Shown here piece by piece: positions 27,763 to 37,245 of a stretch of DNA of 64,000 nucleotides. Positions within the stretch are counted from its first letter, which is position 1, and each line of letters begins with the position of its first letter. Location: the sequence record NC_023557.1, one strand, 5' to 3'. Under the pieces are notes generated by a model. That model was not told where the DNA came from and ran no database searches. It saw only the letters and a program-made list of their open reading frames with translations. The translations under genes and the position numbers were made by a program.

Positions 27763-28464
27763 GTGATGATCCCTACCAAACAAATTAAACGTAGCTACCG
27801 TCTGATCAAAGTGACTGCCGATGTAACACGGGATAACTGGATCGGGAAAGACATCGATTTCATTGTTCAGCCCAATAAAGACATGATCGACGACACCACA
27901 CGTGGTGGACCTAATCGCCTGCTCGCGACATACATCGTGCTGGGTAACCGTATTCCTGTAACCGTTAACAGCCATGCGACCATTACCCGGGAAGAAGGCT
28001 TGCAGGATCTGCAGGTCAGTATTGTCGATGGTCAGTCAAAATACATTGACATCAGTAATGTGCGTTACGTTGTGTCGTGTGAGTTAGAAGAGCACTTCAC
28101 CTACACTCCACCAAAAGAACCTTCGCTACTTGATCAGCTGGTTGGCGGACCAATGGGTGACCCAGCCCATATGTTCATTATCGATGAAAACTATAACGTC
28201 TTTGTCGGCACAGCGAACGATTCACAAGAAGATTATACCTTGGCTGGTCGTCTGATCAGTAACCTCGGTTCTCATGATGCTGAAGCTAATGATTTGGAGA
28301 TTATCGGCAGTTATCCTGATGACCAAGGTGACCACTACTACGTCTCCATTGACTGGAACAAGTCATTCATTTCCGGGATTTCCAACAACGAGAAATGCGC
28401 ATGGTTTAACCAACTCGATGCACTGGTAGCAATGTTACTGGAAAAGATTAAAGTTACAGTGTAA
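27763..28464 (+). CDS. Hypothetical protein
   Basis: 233 aa; AAGGA SD; followed by a terminator. Confidence 0.7.
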   Translation: MMIPTKQIKRSYRLIKVTADVTRDNWIGKDIDFIVQPNKDMIDDTTRGGPNRLLATYIVLGNRIPVTVNSHATITREEGLQDLQVSIVDGQSKYIDISNVRYVVSCELEEHFTYTPPKEPSLLDQLVGGPMGDPAHMFIIDENYNVFVGTANDSQEDYTLAGRLISNLGSHDAEANDLEIIGSYPDDQGDHYYVSIDWNKSFISGISNNEKCAWFNQLDALVAMLLEKIKVTV

Positions 28465-28472
28465 GTAATATC

Positions 28473-28505
28473 AGGCAGGGGGACTACTCTCTGCCTTTAT
28501 TTTTT
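28473..28505 (+). terminator. Intrinsic terminator
   Basis: AGGCAGGGG...CTCTCTGCCT plus TTATTTTTT. Confidence 0.75.
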
Positions 28506-28576
28506 GTGGTATTCTGCCACAGAAAACTACTGGCCATACTGCCAGTGGTATTCACTCAATAGACTGCGAGGAATAA

Positions 28577-29137
28577 ATGATGTTTGATAAAATTGAAGGA
28601 TTGGCTGATGTGATTGAGCTGAAGTACGGCTTGCTTGATATCACCTATCACCGTGGTAACGACAAAGACCTCTATGTCGATGTCTTTTATAAAGACACGC
28701 GCTTGTCAAGCCGGCGTGATCTAACCGATGCCCTGGACTACGCTTATATCGGTGTGCGGTTGTGTAACCCTCAGTTCGGTGCCTGGTGTTACGGTGCTGA
28801 GCGTGAGTTGGTCATGTCGCATTTAATGGACGCATTGAGAATGGTGGGTAAGCCTGCACCCAGGGCGGTTGAAGACTCCCGGTTAAAGACAGGGATTCAT
28901 CGTACCATTCAGCTGCTTGCCGAGAACGGTAACCTGCATCCGAAAGAGGATGATATCCGGATCACTATCCATCGTGCAGCACGAGTGGACTACGGTTCAA
29001 CAGATACCATCGAAACAACCATTAGCATGACCAACCATGATATTACTATTAGTAAGCGACGGATTGAGTGTGTTAGTGGTGAGATGCGGGATTTGCAAGC
29101 ATGGGCGCGTAAGTTATATGCGAGACACTTTGAATAA
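28577..29137 (+). CDS. Hypothetical protein
   Basis: GAGGA SD; 186 aa. Confidence 0.7.
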   Translation: MMFDKIEGLADVIELKYGLLDITYHRGNDKDLYVDVFYKDTRLSSRRDLTDALDYAYIGVRLCNPQFGAWCYGAERELVMSHLMDALRMVGKPAPRAVEDSRLKTGIHRTIQLLAENGNLHPKEDDIRITIHRAARVDYGSTDTIETTISMTNHDITISKRRIECVSGEMRDLQAWARKLYARHFE

Positions 29138-29147
29138 CGAGGTAGCT

Positions 29148-29549
29148 ATGGGTAGTGCGTACTGTAAGGTTGTGGCAATCCACAGCATCTATGTGCACAG
29201 TGCAGCGATGGAAGCGGTATCCGCTAAATACAGGAGCTGTTTTCGTTTGGCGTATAACTTCGTGAATGCTACGCAGTTAGCCCAACAGCTACGGCTTGCC
29301 GTGAAGAACAGCGAAATCCTGATTGTTGATACCAGCGACTTTACTCGCCGGGCACTTAACAATCTTAATGAGCAGTTCTACTGCATCTATCCAGGTGAGG
29401 AACAACATTCCGATATGTCAATCAAGCATCAGCGTAACTGTCGCATGACGCCTGACTGTATTCATATCGAAATTCAAAACCTCAGCGACTTTGAGCGCTT
29501 AAACTGGGAAATTCGACCCGATGCAGGGTTAAGGATATCACGCCGTTAG
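29148..29549 (+). CDS. Hypothetical protein
   Basis: GAGG SD before ATG 29148. Confidence 0.65.
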   Translation: MGSAYCKVVAIHSIYVHSAAMEAVSAKYRSCFRLAYNFVNATQLAQQLRLAVKNSEILIVDTSDFTRRALNNLNEQFYCIYPGEEQHSDMSIKHQRNCRMTPDCIHIEIQNLSDFERLNWEIRPDAGLRISRR

Positions 29550-29551
29550 AA

Positions 29552-29600
29552 CGGCATATAGGCCCTCCGTTACGGAGGGCCTTTTATGACATCTTTTTTT
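29552..29600. terminator. Bidirectional hairpin between convergent genes
   Basis: CGGCATAT-AGGCCCTCCG-tta-CGGAGGGCCT-TTTATGAC. Confidence 0.75.
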
Positions 29601-29614
29601 TTTGGTTTACAGCG

Positions 29615-29992
29615 TTATACCAGGCGCTGAGTTAACTGCGAACTATATTGAATAGCGTGATAGGTCGCAGGTTTCTCAAGCTGCTCGGTGCAGCGGTAGA
29701 CCGGGGTCTTCATAAAAGGACAACCGGCATTCATTAATGCCTCACGGTTGCTGGGCGACTCATCAACGCGAATCACCACATCCGTGGACTGGAAGCCAAA
29801 GACTTCCCGCTTCGTTGCAGTATATTCTGCATCCAGCACCACGATCTTACGGTTGATCACCAGCTTCACGGCCACCGGGTATTTGATTACCAGGTCTGAC
29901 CCTAAGCCCGCCAAGACAAACTTAATGACAAACTTCTTAAGTCCATTTAGCAACTGACTCTCACTGGCCCAACTTTTAACAATCTGCAGCAT
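29615..29992 (-). CDS. Hypothetical protein
   Basis: Open frame; start at 29992, 30010 or 30061; TATATG motif at 30008-30013. Confidence 0.5.
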   Translation of the reverse strand: MLQIVKSWASESQLLNGLKKFVIKFVLAGLGSDLVIKYPVAVKLVINRKIVVLDAEYTATKREVFGFQSTDVVIRVDESPSNREALMNAGCPFMKTPVYRCTEQLEKPATYHAIQYSSQLTQRLV

Positions 29993-30067
29993 GTGTGTAT
30001 TTCCACTCATATAAGGGGAAGTTAAGAAAAGCAACCTGAGGGTCCGTCCGTGATCCCTCATAATGTA

Positions 30068-30539
30068 TTACTTCATACCGTCCAACTGCTTTTGAAGTTC
30101 CTTTAACTGACGGCTTGCATCCGGCGTCTCGGCGTCATGATCTCTGATCGCTTCAATAAACGACTTTCGTTTGCAATAAGGATACTTCATCCATTTATCA
30201 AATGACAAACCAAATTTGCCCAAGATATCCGCACGCAGATATTCGAGCTCATACTTTCGATACCCAACTAACGCCAGCGAGTCTTCCTGCTCGACCTGTA
30301 AGATTAACGAGAGCGGCGAGGTTTCCACGTTATGGTCAATAATCCCAAACGTGTCATCGTAAAGCTCTGTTAATCGAATTAGTGGATACTCCCAGTTCTC
30401 GGTAAGAAACGTGGGGTTTTCTAACGCGACATCCCAGGCATCGGACCGATCACTTTCGGACAGACCGAAATCCCAATGGATTAGATGTCGGCTTGATCGA
30501 ACGTCTGATTCAGTGTATTCGTCATTAGGGTAAAAAAAA
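30068..30539 (-). CDS. Probable -1 frameshift extension (GT-like 'T' domain) of the upstream tail-assembly-chaperone-like gene
   Basis: No SD-preceded start; overlaps the upstream ORF in the -1 frame across GGG-T8; GLSFDKWMKYPYCKRKSFIEAI resembles chaperone T/T4 gp51-type helices. Confidence 0.55.
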
Positions 30540-32100
30540 CCCGTGCTACGTTCAGCGGGGTGTACGCAGGGAAGGTGTTGCTCACCAGCGGTTGACGCGC
30601 CTGGCAGTTCGGGCATTTCCAACGCGGTACCGCAACCACACCGACCGTTACCCGGTTGATGAACTTGTTCAGCTCTTCAAAGAACGGTTTACGCATATCC
30701 GGGGTTGCACTGAATTGCTTCAGCAGCAATGCCACGTCATCGGCCGACTCAACATAGTTGCCGTCGTTGAACTCGATCTTGGTCACCCAGTGGGCGTAAC
30801 CGCGCATGGAGGACAGCGCTGCCTGTTTGTTGATGTGCTGCTCACGCTGCTCACGCGTCATGCTGTCGTTGAAGCTGTCGGTGATCGCTTGTTGAATGCC
30901 GTTGATCCAGGCATAACCCGCTGCATTCTTATCTTCGAGTGATGGCACCCGCAGATAGAACTTCACATCTTTCACAGTGATGACATTGTCTTTCATCACT
31001 TCAAAGCCGGTCTGATAGGCAATGACCTGCTCGACGGTACGGCCGCTGAAGTGAGACATGTGCGCACGCTGGGTTGGTGACAGACGATTGTTGTCAATGA
31101 TCGACAGACGAGAGACGTTAACTTTCGCTGCTTCAACATGCACACACTTCTTCGGATCGGCGGCACAGGCAGTAACCATGTGGTAGCCAGACTTAAAGCG
31201 TGCGCCCAGGTAGGCGTTAGCGATCAGATCGAGATCCTGCTCTTTGATTAACGGCAGCAGGGTTTTCTTATCGGAGACACCGATGCTGCTGTCAGTAACC
31301 ATACCCAGCAGGAAGTCGGTCATGTGCTTACGCACCACGACATCCAGGTTGTTAAACACCAGACCGTTGGTACGACGACCGAGGATCGCTTTCTCAGCCA
31401 TGATGGCGGTTTGCATATCTACAAACTCATCATCACCGGCAATCAGCAACGTAACCCAGATACCAGAATGTGGCAGCGGCAGATGGACATAGTCGCCCAT
31501 GTTCATCACACCACGAGCACGCATCACTGCCTGTGGACCGGTCAGCAGTTTAGTGCCTTCGGTACTGCGCTTCACTGGCGGGCGAGAAACACCCTGCACT
31601 TTGTTATTGTCGAGCAGAATACCCTGCAGCCACTGCGCGCCATCTTGACGAATGGTCAGGTTCAGACCAGAACGGTACGACAGGTTGGTGATGGCGTTAC
31701 TGGCCAGGGATAGCCAGATCATCGCTTTATCAGCACCGTACAGACTGACGATCTCTTTTAAGATCTTCTTGTCTTCGGTGTTGGTGTCGATCTCATTGAT
31801 CAGCGCCGTCGCTGCATCGTAATCCTGATGCATAATAGACAGCACACCTTCCGTGCCGACATCCTCCATGGAATTCAGCTTTTCAATGATCGGGTTCTGA
31901 TAGAGCGGATCGAACGCCTGCTCAACGGCTTCAACTTCAGGTGCTTCAGCTTCACCCTGCTGGCCGGTTTCTGCTGGCTCGGGATCGGTGCCGATAGTAC
32001 CAGTAGTCGCCGGACGACCTGGATCAACTTCAGGGATACCAGAGTGGTTTTCTTCAACAGGCTCTTGCTGTGACAGAATGGATGGGTTATCACCGGACAT
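30481..32100 (-). CDS. Putative tail/baseplate-hub assembly chaperone (G or T4 gp26-like) with C-terminal CxxC
   Basis: 539 aa; acidic N-terminal linker; WKCPNCQ; AAGGA SD; family call is inference. Confidence 0.55.
   Translation of the reverse strand: MSGDNPSILSQQEPVEENHSGIPEVDPGRPATTGTIGTDPEPAETGQQGEAEAPEVEAVEQAFDPLYQNPIIEKLNSMEDVGTEGVLSIMHQDYDAATALINEIDTNTEDKKILKEIVSLYGADKAMIWLSLASNAITNLSYRSGLNLTIRQDGAQWLQGILLDNNKVQGVSRPPVKRSTEGTKLLTGPQAVMRARGVMNMGDYVHLPLPHSGIWVTLLIAGDDEFVDMQTAIMAEKAILGRRTNGLVFNNLDVVVRKHMTDFLLGMVTDSSIGVSDKKTLLPLIKEQDLDLIANAYLGARFKSGYHMVTACAADPKKCVHVEAAKVNVSRLSIIDNNRLSPTQRAHMSHFSGRTVEQVIAYQTGFEVMKDNVITVKDVKFYLRVPSLEDKNAAGYAWINGIQQAITDSFNDSMTREQREQHINKQAALSSMRGYAHWVTKIEFNDGNYVESADDVALLLKQFSATPDMRKPFFEELNKFINRVTVGVVAVPRWKCPNCQARQPLVSNTFPAYTPLNVARVFFTLMTNTLNQTFDQADI
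30532..30542 (-). other. Slippery site GGG TTTTTTTT (U UUU UUU in the zero frame)
   Basis: Zero frame CGG GTT TTT TTT ACC; -1 frame GGT TTT TTT TAC is open for 154 further codons. Confidence 0.65.
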
Positions 32101-32117
32101 TATGCTTATCCTTACCT

Positions 32118-32585
32118 TTACTTTTTAGTGGGGTCGACCTGAACCGGGTCATTGAGTTTGCTTACTGCGCCAGCGGCAACCGCGTTAGCATGGGCGCTGT
32201 CTGACATGGTCAGAATGGCAGCACCGTGACGCTGCATCGCATCCAGCAATTTACTTTGCAGGACGATGTATTGTTCGTGCACACTGAGGAAGTCAGCGAT
32301 GGTGCTGTCATGCAAGGCATAACCGGTTTTGCCTTGATGCTGCTGCTTGATCATCGGCAGTGTTTCATCGATCTCTTTGACTACAGCCAGCGCCGCTTCG
32401 ATGTGCGAGCTTAACGCAGAGGGGTTTGGCTGAAAGCGAATGATGTTGGTGTTGACGGCCATGAGGCAAGTATTGCTCAGCTCATTGCGCAAATTAATCG
32501 TATAAGTTGCCGCAGAATCCAGGTACTCCCAGAACTGATCGGGCTGATGGACCTCTGGTGCGAGAGGCGGTTCATTGGTTGACAT
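32118..32585 (-). CDS. Hypothetical helical protein
   Basis: 155 aa; AAGGA SD; same strand as the chaperone-like gene. Confidence 0.75.
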   Translation of the reverse strand: MSTNEPPLAPEVHQPDQFWEYLDSAATYTINLRNELSNTCLMAVNTNIIRFQPNPSALSSHIEAALAVVKEIDETLPMIKQQHQGKTGYALHDSTIADFLSVHEQYIVLQSKLLDAMQRHGAAILTMSDSAHANAVAAGAVSKLNDPVQVDPTKK

Positions 32586-32677
32586 AACGGGTCCTTGAGG
32601 TGATTTATCTTGTGGCTTACATATATTGACACTACTAATGTCAACAATTACAACGTTTATACGGAAAAGGCACGGTC

Positions 32678-33589
32678 ATGAGTGATTTTACTGACTTAAC
32701 GAAATTGAAGACCGAATTACCACAAAACATCCAAAAGATTGATGAGCAGGATGATGTGGGTGACTTCAGCGATCTTAACGACTACCTCATGACCATCATT
32801 CCGGATGAACGGCGTGAGCGCTTGATCGCGATCTGTCAAAACTTGAGTACCCTGCAGTATCATCAAGTCCAGCCCGATGTGGATCGGTTACTAATGATGG
32901 CTAACGACGGTGAAGCGCCGTCGGTGCTCGATGACTTGACCCGGTTGTTATTTGAACACGCTTATGACTTAACGAAAAACATGGGTTTTAACTGGGCCGA
33001 TGAGATTGAGTTTGATCAGCTGTTCCTGCTCGGTGATGTAATCGAAGGTGCCATGTTGATTGATGGCATGGAAGACTACGGCGACCTCTCAGCGATCCTG
33101 GATGGGGATGACTCAGTTGAAGAGAAGGTGGTGGATATCTGGGGCCAGGTGCTCGACAAAGACATGCACCATCTCTTTGAACAGATCCAGTCCATCGAAC
33201 CGGCGGTGATCAGCGGGATCAAACAAGTCACGACCCGACCGTATGCCGAAGACGATTATGCAGATGTGCAGCGTCCACTTGAGTTTGTGGTTGAGCGGTT
33301 GGTGAAAGTCCGTGAAATGATGAAGACCGATGGCGTTGCTTACCAGCATGTGGCCAAGGGCGGGGCATTAGGCGTTGAGCTCGATTCACTGATCACGCTA
33401 TACACCCCTGAGTTGAATGCCGTGACCGATCCGATCGAACTGACCGACCTGCTGGTTGCCTTTACCCTGATCAGCAACACCCCAGATGGTTTGGTGAAAT
33501 CCACCGCATCCCGGCTGGCAGAAAAATGGATTGATGATATCGAAGTCATCAATGTGGTAGGTAAACATATCGACAGGTATCCCGTGTGA
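32678..33589 (+). CDS. Acidic hypothetical protein (likely core/virion; phiKZ gp79 position)
   Basis: 303 aa; GTGA-coupled to the vRNAP gene. Confidence 0.7.
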   Translation: MSDFTDLTKLKTELPQNIQKIDEQDDVGDFSDLNDYLMTIIPDERRERLIAICQNLSTLQYHQVQPDVDRLLMMANDGEAPSVLDDLTRLLFEHAYDLTKNMGFNWADEIEFDQLFLLGDVIEGAMLIDGMEDYGDLSAILDGDDSVEEKVVDIWGQVLDKDMHHLFEQIQSIEPAVISGIKQVTTRPYAEDDYADVQRPLEFVVERLVKVREMMKTDGVAYQHVAKGGALGVELDSLITLYTPELNAVTDPIELTDLLVAFTLISNTPDGLVKSTASRLAEKWIDDIEVINVVGKHIDRYPV

Positions 33590-34896
33590 ATATTCGCGAC
33601 TATTTAATCATGGCCTTTCGGGCAGGGGCTTACAAGCAACGCCAGTGGGTGTTGAGTGTCATGAGTATCACCCAGACCCCGGATGGTAAATCCGTAGCAG
33701 ACAGTATGATCCCGTATCAGGCACACCGCATCAACATCGGTGCGACACTCGACTGGGCTTACTGGGATGACTTCAACAAAACCTTTGTGCCGATTGAGGG
33801 AGTGGATGTTAACTTCCCGTTGTTTCGACCCGAGGATCAATACACACTACAACCTGGGGATTTCGCCAATGTCACTGAAGAAGTTACTACTACTTTCGGC
33901 CGTATTCTGGCTAACCATTATTATTTTATCGATGTGGTCGGTGAACGTGTCCCCTTTCAGAACGTAGAATTCAACCGCGGGATGCTGGAGAAGATCTACA
34001 AGGCCCGGGTATTAGAAGACGCCCAGGACTTGCGGCGTTCTGATCCGTTCTACCTGACCGTCGATGAATTCAAACGCTCCGTGGATAATGGCTTTGCCTT
34101 GGGTGGGTTGTCGAAACTTTGTGTACCGACTGCCTGTCCGGAAACCATGTATCCGCCGAAGTTCATCATCGAGATGCGTGACCGTCTGTTTGAAGAGCAC
34201 AAGGATGAGCTCAACAACCCGGTGGTCATGGGGCGTATTCAGGATGAGCTGTTAAAGCACTACCGTGAGTTCCTAATGTCCACCCCGTCAGCCAAGTTCT
34301 TTGTGATCAAGAAGACCATCGACCAGGCCTTCAACAACATGTTCTTGACCGGCGGTATTGCCGGGGCTTTTGGTGGTAACACTGTTATTACCAACTCGCT
34401 GTACGAAGGCTGGAACCTGAAGAACTTCCCGGCGTTAGTGAATGGCTCTATCGAAGCTTCCTTTGACCGTGGTGCGGCTACAGCCGACGGTGGTGAGAAA
34501 GTGAAGATGTTGATCCGTGCCACGCAGAACATCCGTATCACCGATGATGATTGCGGCACCCAGCTCGGGGTACCGTGGGTGATTGAAGATGCCGGCAAGG
34601 CACGCTTCATTAACTCTTACATACTGGATAAGGGTGTGACGATTCTGTTAACTCCGGAGAACATTGATAAGTTCGTCGGTAAGCCGGTCATGACCCGTTC
34701 ACCCAGCTTCTGTAAGAAATCCCATGGCGACTCCTGTAAGTTCTGCGTCGGTGCGCATAACGCCACCAACCCACGCGGGATGTCTTCCGGTACCTCGAAG
34801 ATCGGTTCTACCCTGATGTTGTTATCGATGAAAGCGATGCATAAAGGCAGTAAGATCGATCTGATCGAGTATAACCTTGATGAGGTCTTTAACTGA
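33586..34896 (+). CDS. rpoC: Virion RNA polymerase beta' fragment (phiKZ gp80-like)
   Basis: DDDCGT, Zn site RSPSFC...CKFCVG, trigger-loop-like GSTLMLLSMKAMH; a second, divergent beta' C-terminal copy distinct from the nvRNAP one. Confidence 0.8.
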   Translation: MNIRDYLIMAFRAGAYKQRQWVLSVMSITQTPDGKSVADSMIPYQAHRINIGATLDWAYWDDFNKTFVPIEGVDVNFPLFRPEDQYTLQPGDFANVTEEVTTTFGRILANHYYFIDVVGERVPFQNVEFNRGMLEKIYKARVLEDAQDLRRSDPFYLTVDEFKRSVDNGFALGGLSKLCVPTACPETMYPPKFIIEMRDRLFEEHKDELNNPVVMGRIQDELLKHYREFLMSTPSAKFFVIKKTIDQAFNNMFLTGGIAGAFGGNTVITNSLYEGWNLKNFPALVNGSIEASFDRGAATADGGEKVKMLIRATQNIRITDDDCGTQLGVPWVIEDAGKARFINSYILDKGVTILLTPENIDKFVGKPVMTRSPSFCKKSHGDSCKFCVGAHNATNPRGMSSGTSKIGSTLMLLSMKAMHKGSKIDLIEYNLDEVFN

Positions 34897-34905
34897 GGAT
34901 ATCTG

Positions 34906-34918
34906 AAACCTACATTAT
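34906..34918 (+). promoter_or_regulatory. Putative early promoter core
   Basis: AAACCTACATTAT. Confidence 0.5.
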
Positions 34919-34950
34919 AAGAGGGAGATAACTTTTATAAGGAACGTACC

Positions 34951-35667
34951 ATGTATGGTTTATTAATCCTCGCCTTGCCTCAGTCACCGTACGTCCACAT
35001 GAGTGCGATGACTGCGGACAGGTTTACTGAACTGCTCCCACAACTCCAGAAAGAGCTCGATGCAGATATCTTTCCTAATGTGTGTTTCCAGGGTGCATTC
35101 AATGTCAGTAATACCCGTACGGTCACTCAGCTGTTTATTCCGTGTAGCGGATTGGTGGCGGCACGGGAGTTGGGGTATGAACAGATCCGCAATATTCTCG
35201 CCAACCCAGAGAAGGAAGTCCAGCATGTCACCAACATCGGTGATTGGCTGGGTATTCCTGGTAAGGTGATGTTTGATAATGCGGATGGATCTGTGGATGA
35301 GGTCGTTGTGACTGACATGTACAAATATCTGGTACATGAAAGAAGAGAGCGCTCTGTCTTTCGGTTCAGTCCTATTGATCTTAGTATAACCGATACCGAA
35401 CCATTACCAACTCACCTCTACCCACGTGATCATTTCTACGACCAGGTCTACCTCGACAAAGACGGCGAGCGTGCTTTCCTGTCTTACGGGTCGTGCGGTG
35501 AGGAAGGCTGTGTCATAGAACCCAGAGAAGAGAAACCCGTGCAAGTGTACGGCGTTACCTACTCGTCACTGGATGAAGTGGCCCGATGTTATAACCTGCC
35601 TGAGCAGTACGTGAAAGAACGCGTTGAGTCTGACAGCCTTGAATGGCTGGAGTGGTCATATTTGTAA
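34951..35667 (+). CDS. Degenerate GIY-YIG-like protein with C-terminal NUMOD1-like HTH; paralog of 39216..39998
   Basis: N-terminal YGLLIL...PYVHMS...RF...N..FQGAFN; shared TNIGDWL and VTD..KYL; C-terminal VYGVTYSSLDEVAR...WSYL. Confidence 0.5.
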   Translation: MYGLLILALPQSPYVHMSAMTADRFTELLPQLQKELDADIFPNVCFQGAFNVSNTRTVTQLFIPCSGLVAARELGYEQIRNILANPEKEVQHVTNIGDWLGIPGKVMFDNADGSVDEVVVTDMYKYLVHERRERSVFRFSPIDLSITDTEPLPTHLYPRDHFYDQVYLDKDGERAFLSYGSCGEEGCVIEPREEKPVQVYGVTYSSLDEVARCYNLPEQYVKERVESDSLEWLEWSYL

Positions 35668-35795
35668 AAGTATTTGGGGATGAGACGCAGAGCTGATTCC
35701 CATCTACGGTAAGTTGTTCAAGGAAGCAGCAAACCGGTTATAAAAAATGAAAGGGTTTTCGTAAGATAGTCAGTGCTCCGTACCCGAGACAATAC

Positions 35796-35993
35796 ATGAC
35801 CACAAACCCGCAGTTTATTTTCGTGGCTCAGAATTCTGATGCTACACACAGCGTAGAGAAACTGGAAGTAGGACGCGATACCGATGCCCAGAAGAACCTC
35901 ACGGAACTTCGTAAAGGTTTGCCGTTCGACTTCTCGTTTATCATGTCTGAAGAGGCGATCTATCAACTTCGACAGGCAGGGCACATCAACTAA
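35796..35993 (+). CDS. Small hypothetical protein
   Basis: 65 aa; fills the gap before the Tad2-like gene. Confidence 0.55.
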   Translation: MTTNPQFIFVAQNSDATHSVEKLEVGRDTDAQKNLTELRKGLPFDFSFIMSEEAIYQLRQAGHIN

Positions 35994-36008
35994 ACTGCTG
36001 AGGTAGTC

Positions 36009-36461
36009 ATGACGAACAAATCGGAGATCTCACACGGTGGTGGCGATCAGCCTATGGAAAAAGAGCAAAGCAACTTATCCGTACTGGTGAACTACTCCAC
36101 AGGTGTGATGGAAGGTGACCGTTTTAATTACTCGGTTGCATTGGCGCTGTTGAAAGACGGCATCAAAGTGAAACGCGAAGACTGGAAGAACGCTTTCCTG
36201 GTGTTCGTCCCGGGTAGTCAGAATGTTGAACTGCCAAAAGGGTCGCCGTATGAAGTCGCACTCCACGGTAAGAAGTCCGTTGCCAATATTCGTCCGCACA
36301 TCGATCTGTACACGGAGTACGGTGAATTCGAAGTCGGTTGGACAGCCAACCAGGAAGACACTAACGCCGATGACTGGATGATTGTCTTAGACAAGAACAC
36401 CAATCAAGACGACAGTGCCGACGAAGAGAAAGAGTCCTCAAACGACGACTCGAAGTCATAA
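36009..36461 (+). CDS. tad2: DUF2829 / Tad2-like cyclic-nucleotide sponge (anti-Thoeris/CBASS candidate)
   Basis: FNYSVALALLKDGIKVKREDW...PHIDLYT...GWTANQEDTNADDWMIV matches the DUF2829 consensus (F..AL..LK.G.KV.R.GW...PYI...T...W.ASQ.D..A.DW..V). Confidence 0.75.
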   Translation: MTNKSEISHGGGDQPMEKEQSNLSVLVNYSTGVMEGDRFNYSVALALLKDGIKVKREDWKNAFLVFVPGSQNVELPKGSPYEVALHGKKSVANIRPHIDLYTEYGEFEVGWTANQEDTNADDWMIVLDKNTNQDDSADEEKESSNDDSKS

Positions 36462-36466
36462 ACTCC

Positions 36467-36495
36467 AGGAGAGCTTCGGCTCTCCTTTTATGCCC
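36467..36495 (+). terminator. Hairpin followed by TTATGCCC
   Basis: AGGAGAGC-ttcg-GCTCTCCT then TTTATGCCC. Confidence 0.7.
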
Positions 36496-36510
36496 ATTAA
36501 GGAACATGTA

Positions 36511-36870
36511 ATGAGTGAAAAGAAAGCGTTTGAAGTGGTATTGGATAGCCGTCATGAACCGTACGAGGCTTACCAGTTATTAGTGGCTCGCATCAATACC
36601 TTATTGCGCACCGGTCAAGGCTACCATGAAGTGAAACTCACGAAGTGGCAGCTTTACGATAACGGTCTTCTTATCAAGGGAGATGATGATGTGCATATCT
36701 CCTTGTTGCGTCATTTCTATTACGATAAGCAACGCAATACGTTTGGTGGTGGCTTCATGGCCTTTGAGATCCTGGAAGATTTGGGTCGTTACTACAAAGT
36801 GCACGATATCACAGAAGGGATGAGCGAGAATGTTGGCCTCGTCTTCACGATCACGGTAACCACACCATAA
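36511..36870 (+). CDS. Hypothetical protein, tandem paralog 1 of 4
   Basis: AAGGA SD; LTKWQLYDN...GDD...YD...GG...FTITV pattern shared with the next gene. Confidence 0.75.
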   Translation: MSEKKAFEVVLDSRHEPYEAYQLLVARINTLLRTGQGYHEVKLTKWQLYDNGLLIKGDDDVHISLLRHFYYDKQRNTFGGGFMAFEILEDLGRYYKVHDITEGMSENVGLVFTITVTTP

Positions 36871-36879
36871 GAGGTTTAG

Positions 36880-37245
36880 ATGAAACCACTCTTCGCCATG
36901 AAGTTCGATACCCGTGATGCGTCATTTACCAGTCAGCTGGATTTACTGCAATCCCGTATCAAGAGCTTCTCTAAACGTGGCACAACGATTAAGGATGTGG
37001 TAGTCACTAGTTGGCAGCTGTTTTCAAACAACATGGTGGTGGCTGGCGACGACCCCGCCTACGTCACCATCATCCACAACTACCAGTATGACATTGAACA
37101 GCAGTGTGTAGTTGGTGGCGCCAGCGCGGTAGATACTCTCAGAGAGATCTGGTCGGCATATGGTCCTGACTCGACACTCCCACGTTACGGGTCTGTGCCG
37201 GGTGCTATCGATATTCAATACACGATTACTGTGTTCACTATTTAA
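36880..37245 (+). CDS. Hypothetical protein, tandem paralog 2 of 4
   Basis: VTSWQLFSN...GDD...YD...GG...YTITV. Confidence 0.75.
   Translation: MKPLFAMKFDTRDASFTSQLDLLQSRIKSFSKRGTTIKDVVVTSWQLFSNNMVVAGDDPAYVTIIHNYQYDIEQQCVVGGASAVDTLREIWSAYGPDSTLPRYGSVPGAIDIQYTITVFTI

Noticed and set aside
28518-28548. CACAGAAAACTAC partial promoter-like motif with a small palindrome
   Set aside because: Lacks the CCTAyAT core; too weak to call
30540-30622. Independent start for the 184-aa ORF
   Set aside because: TTG/ATG inside the upstream gene with no SD; better explained by frameshifting
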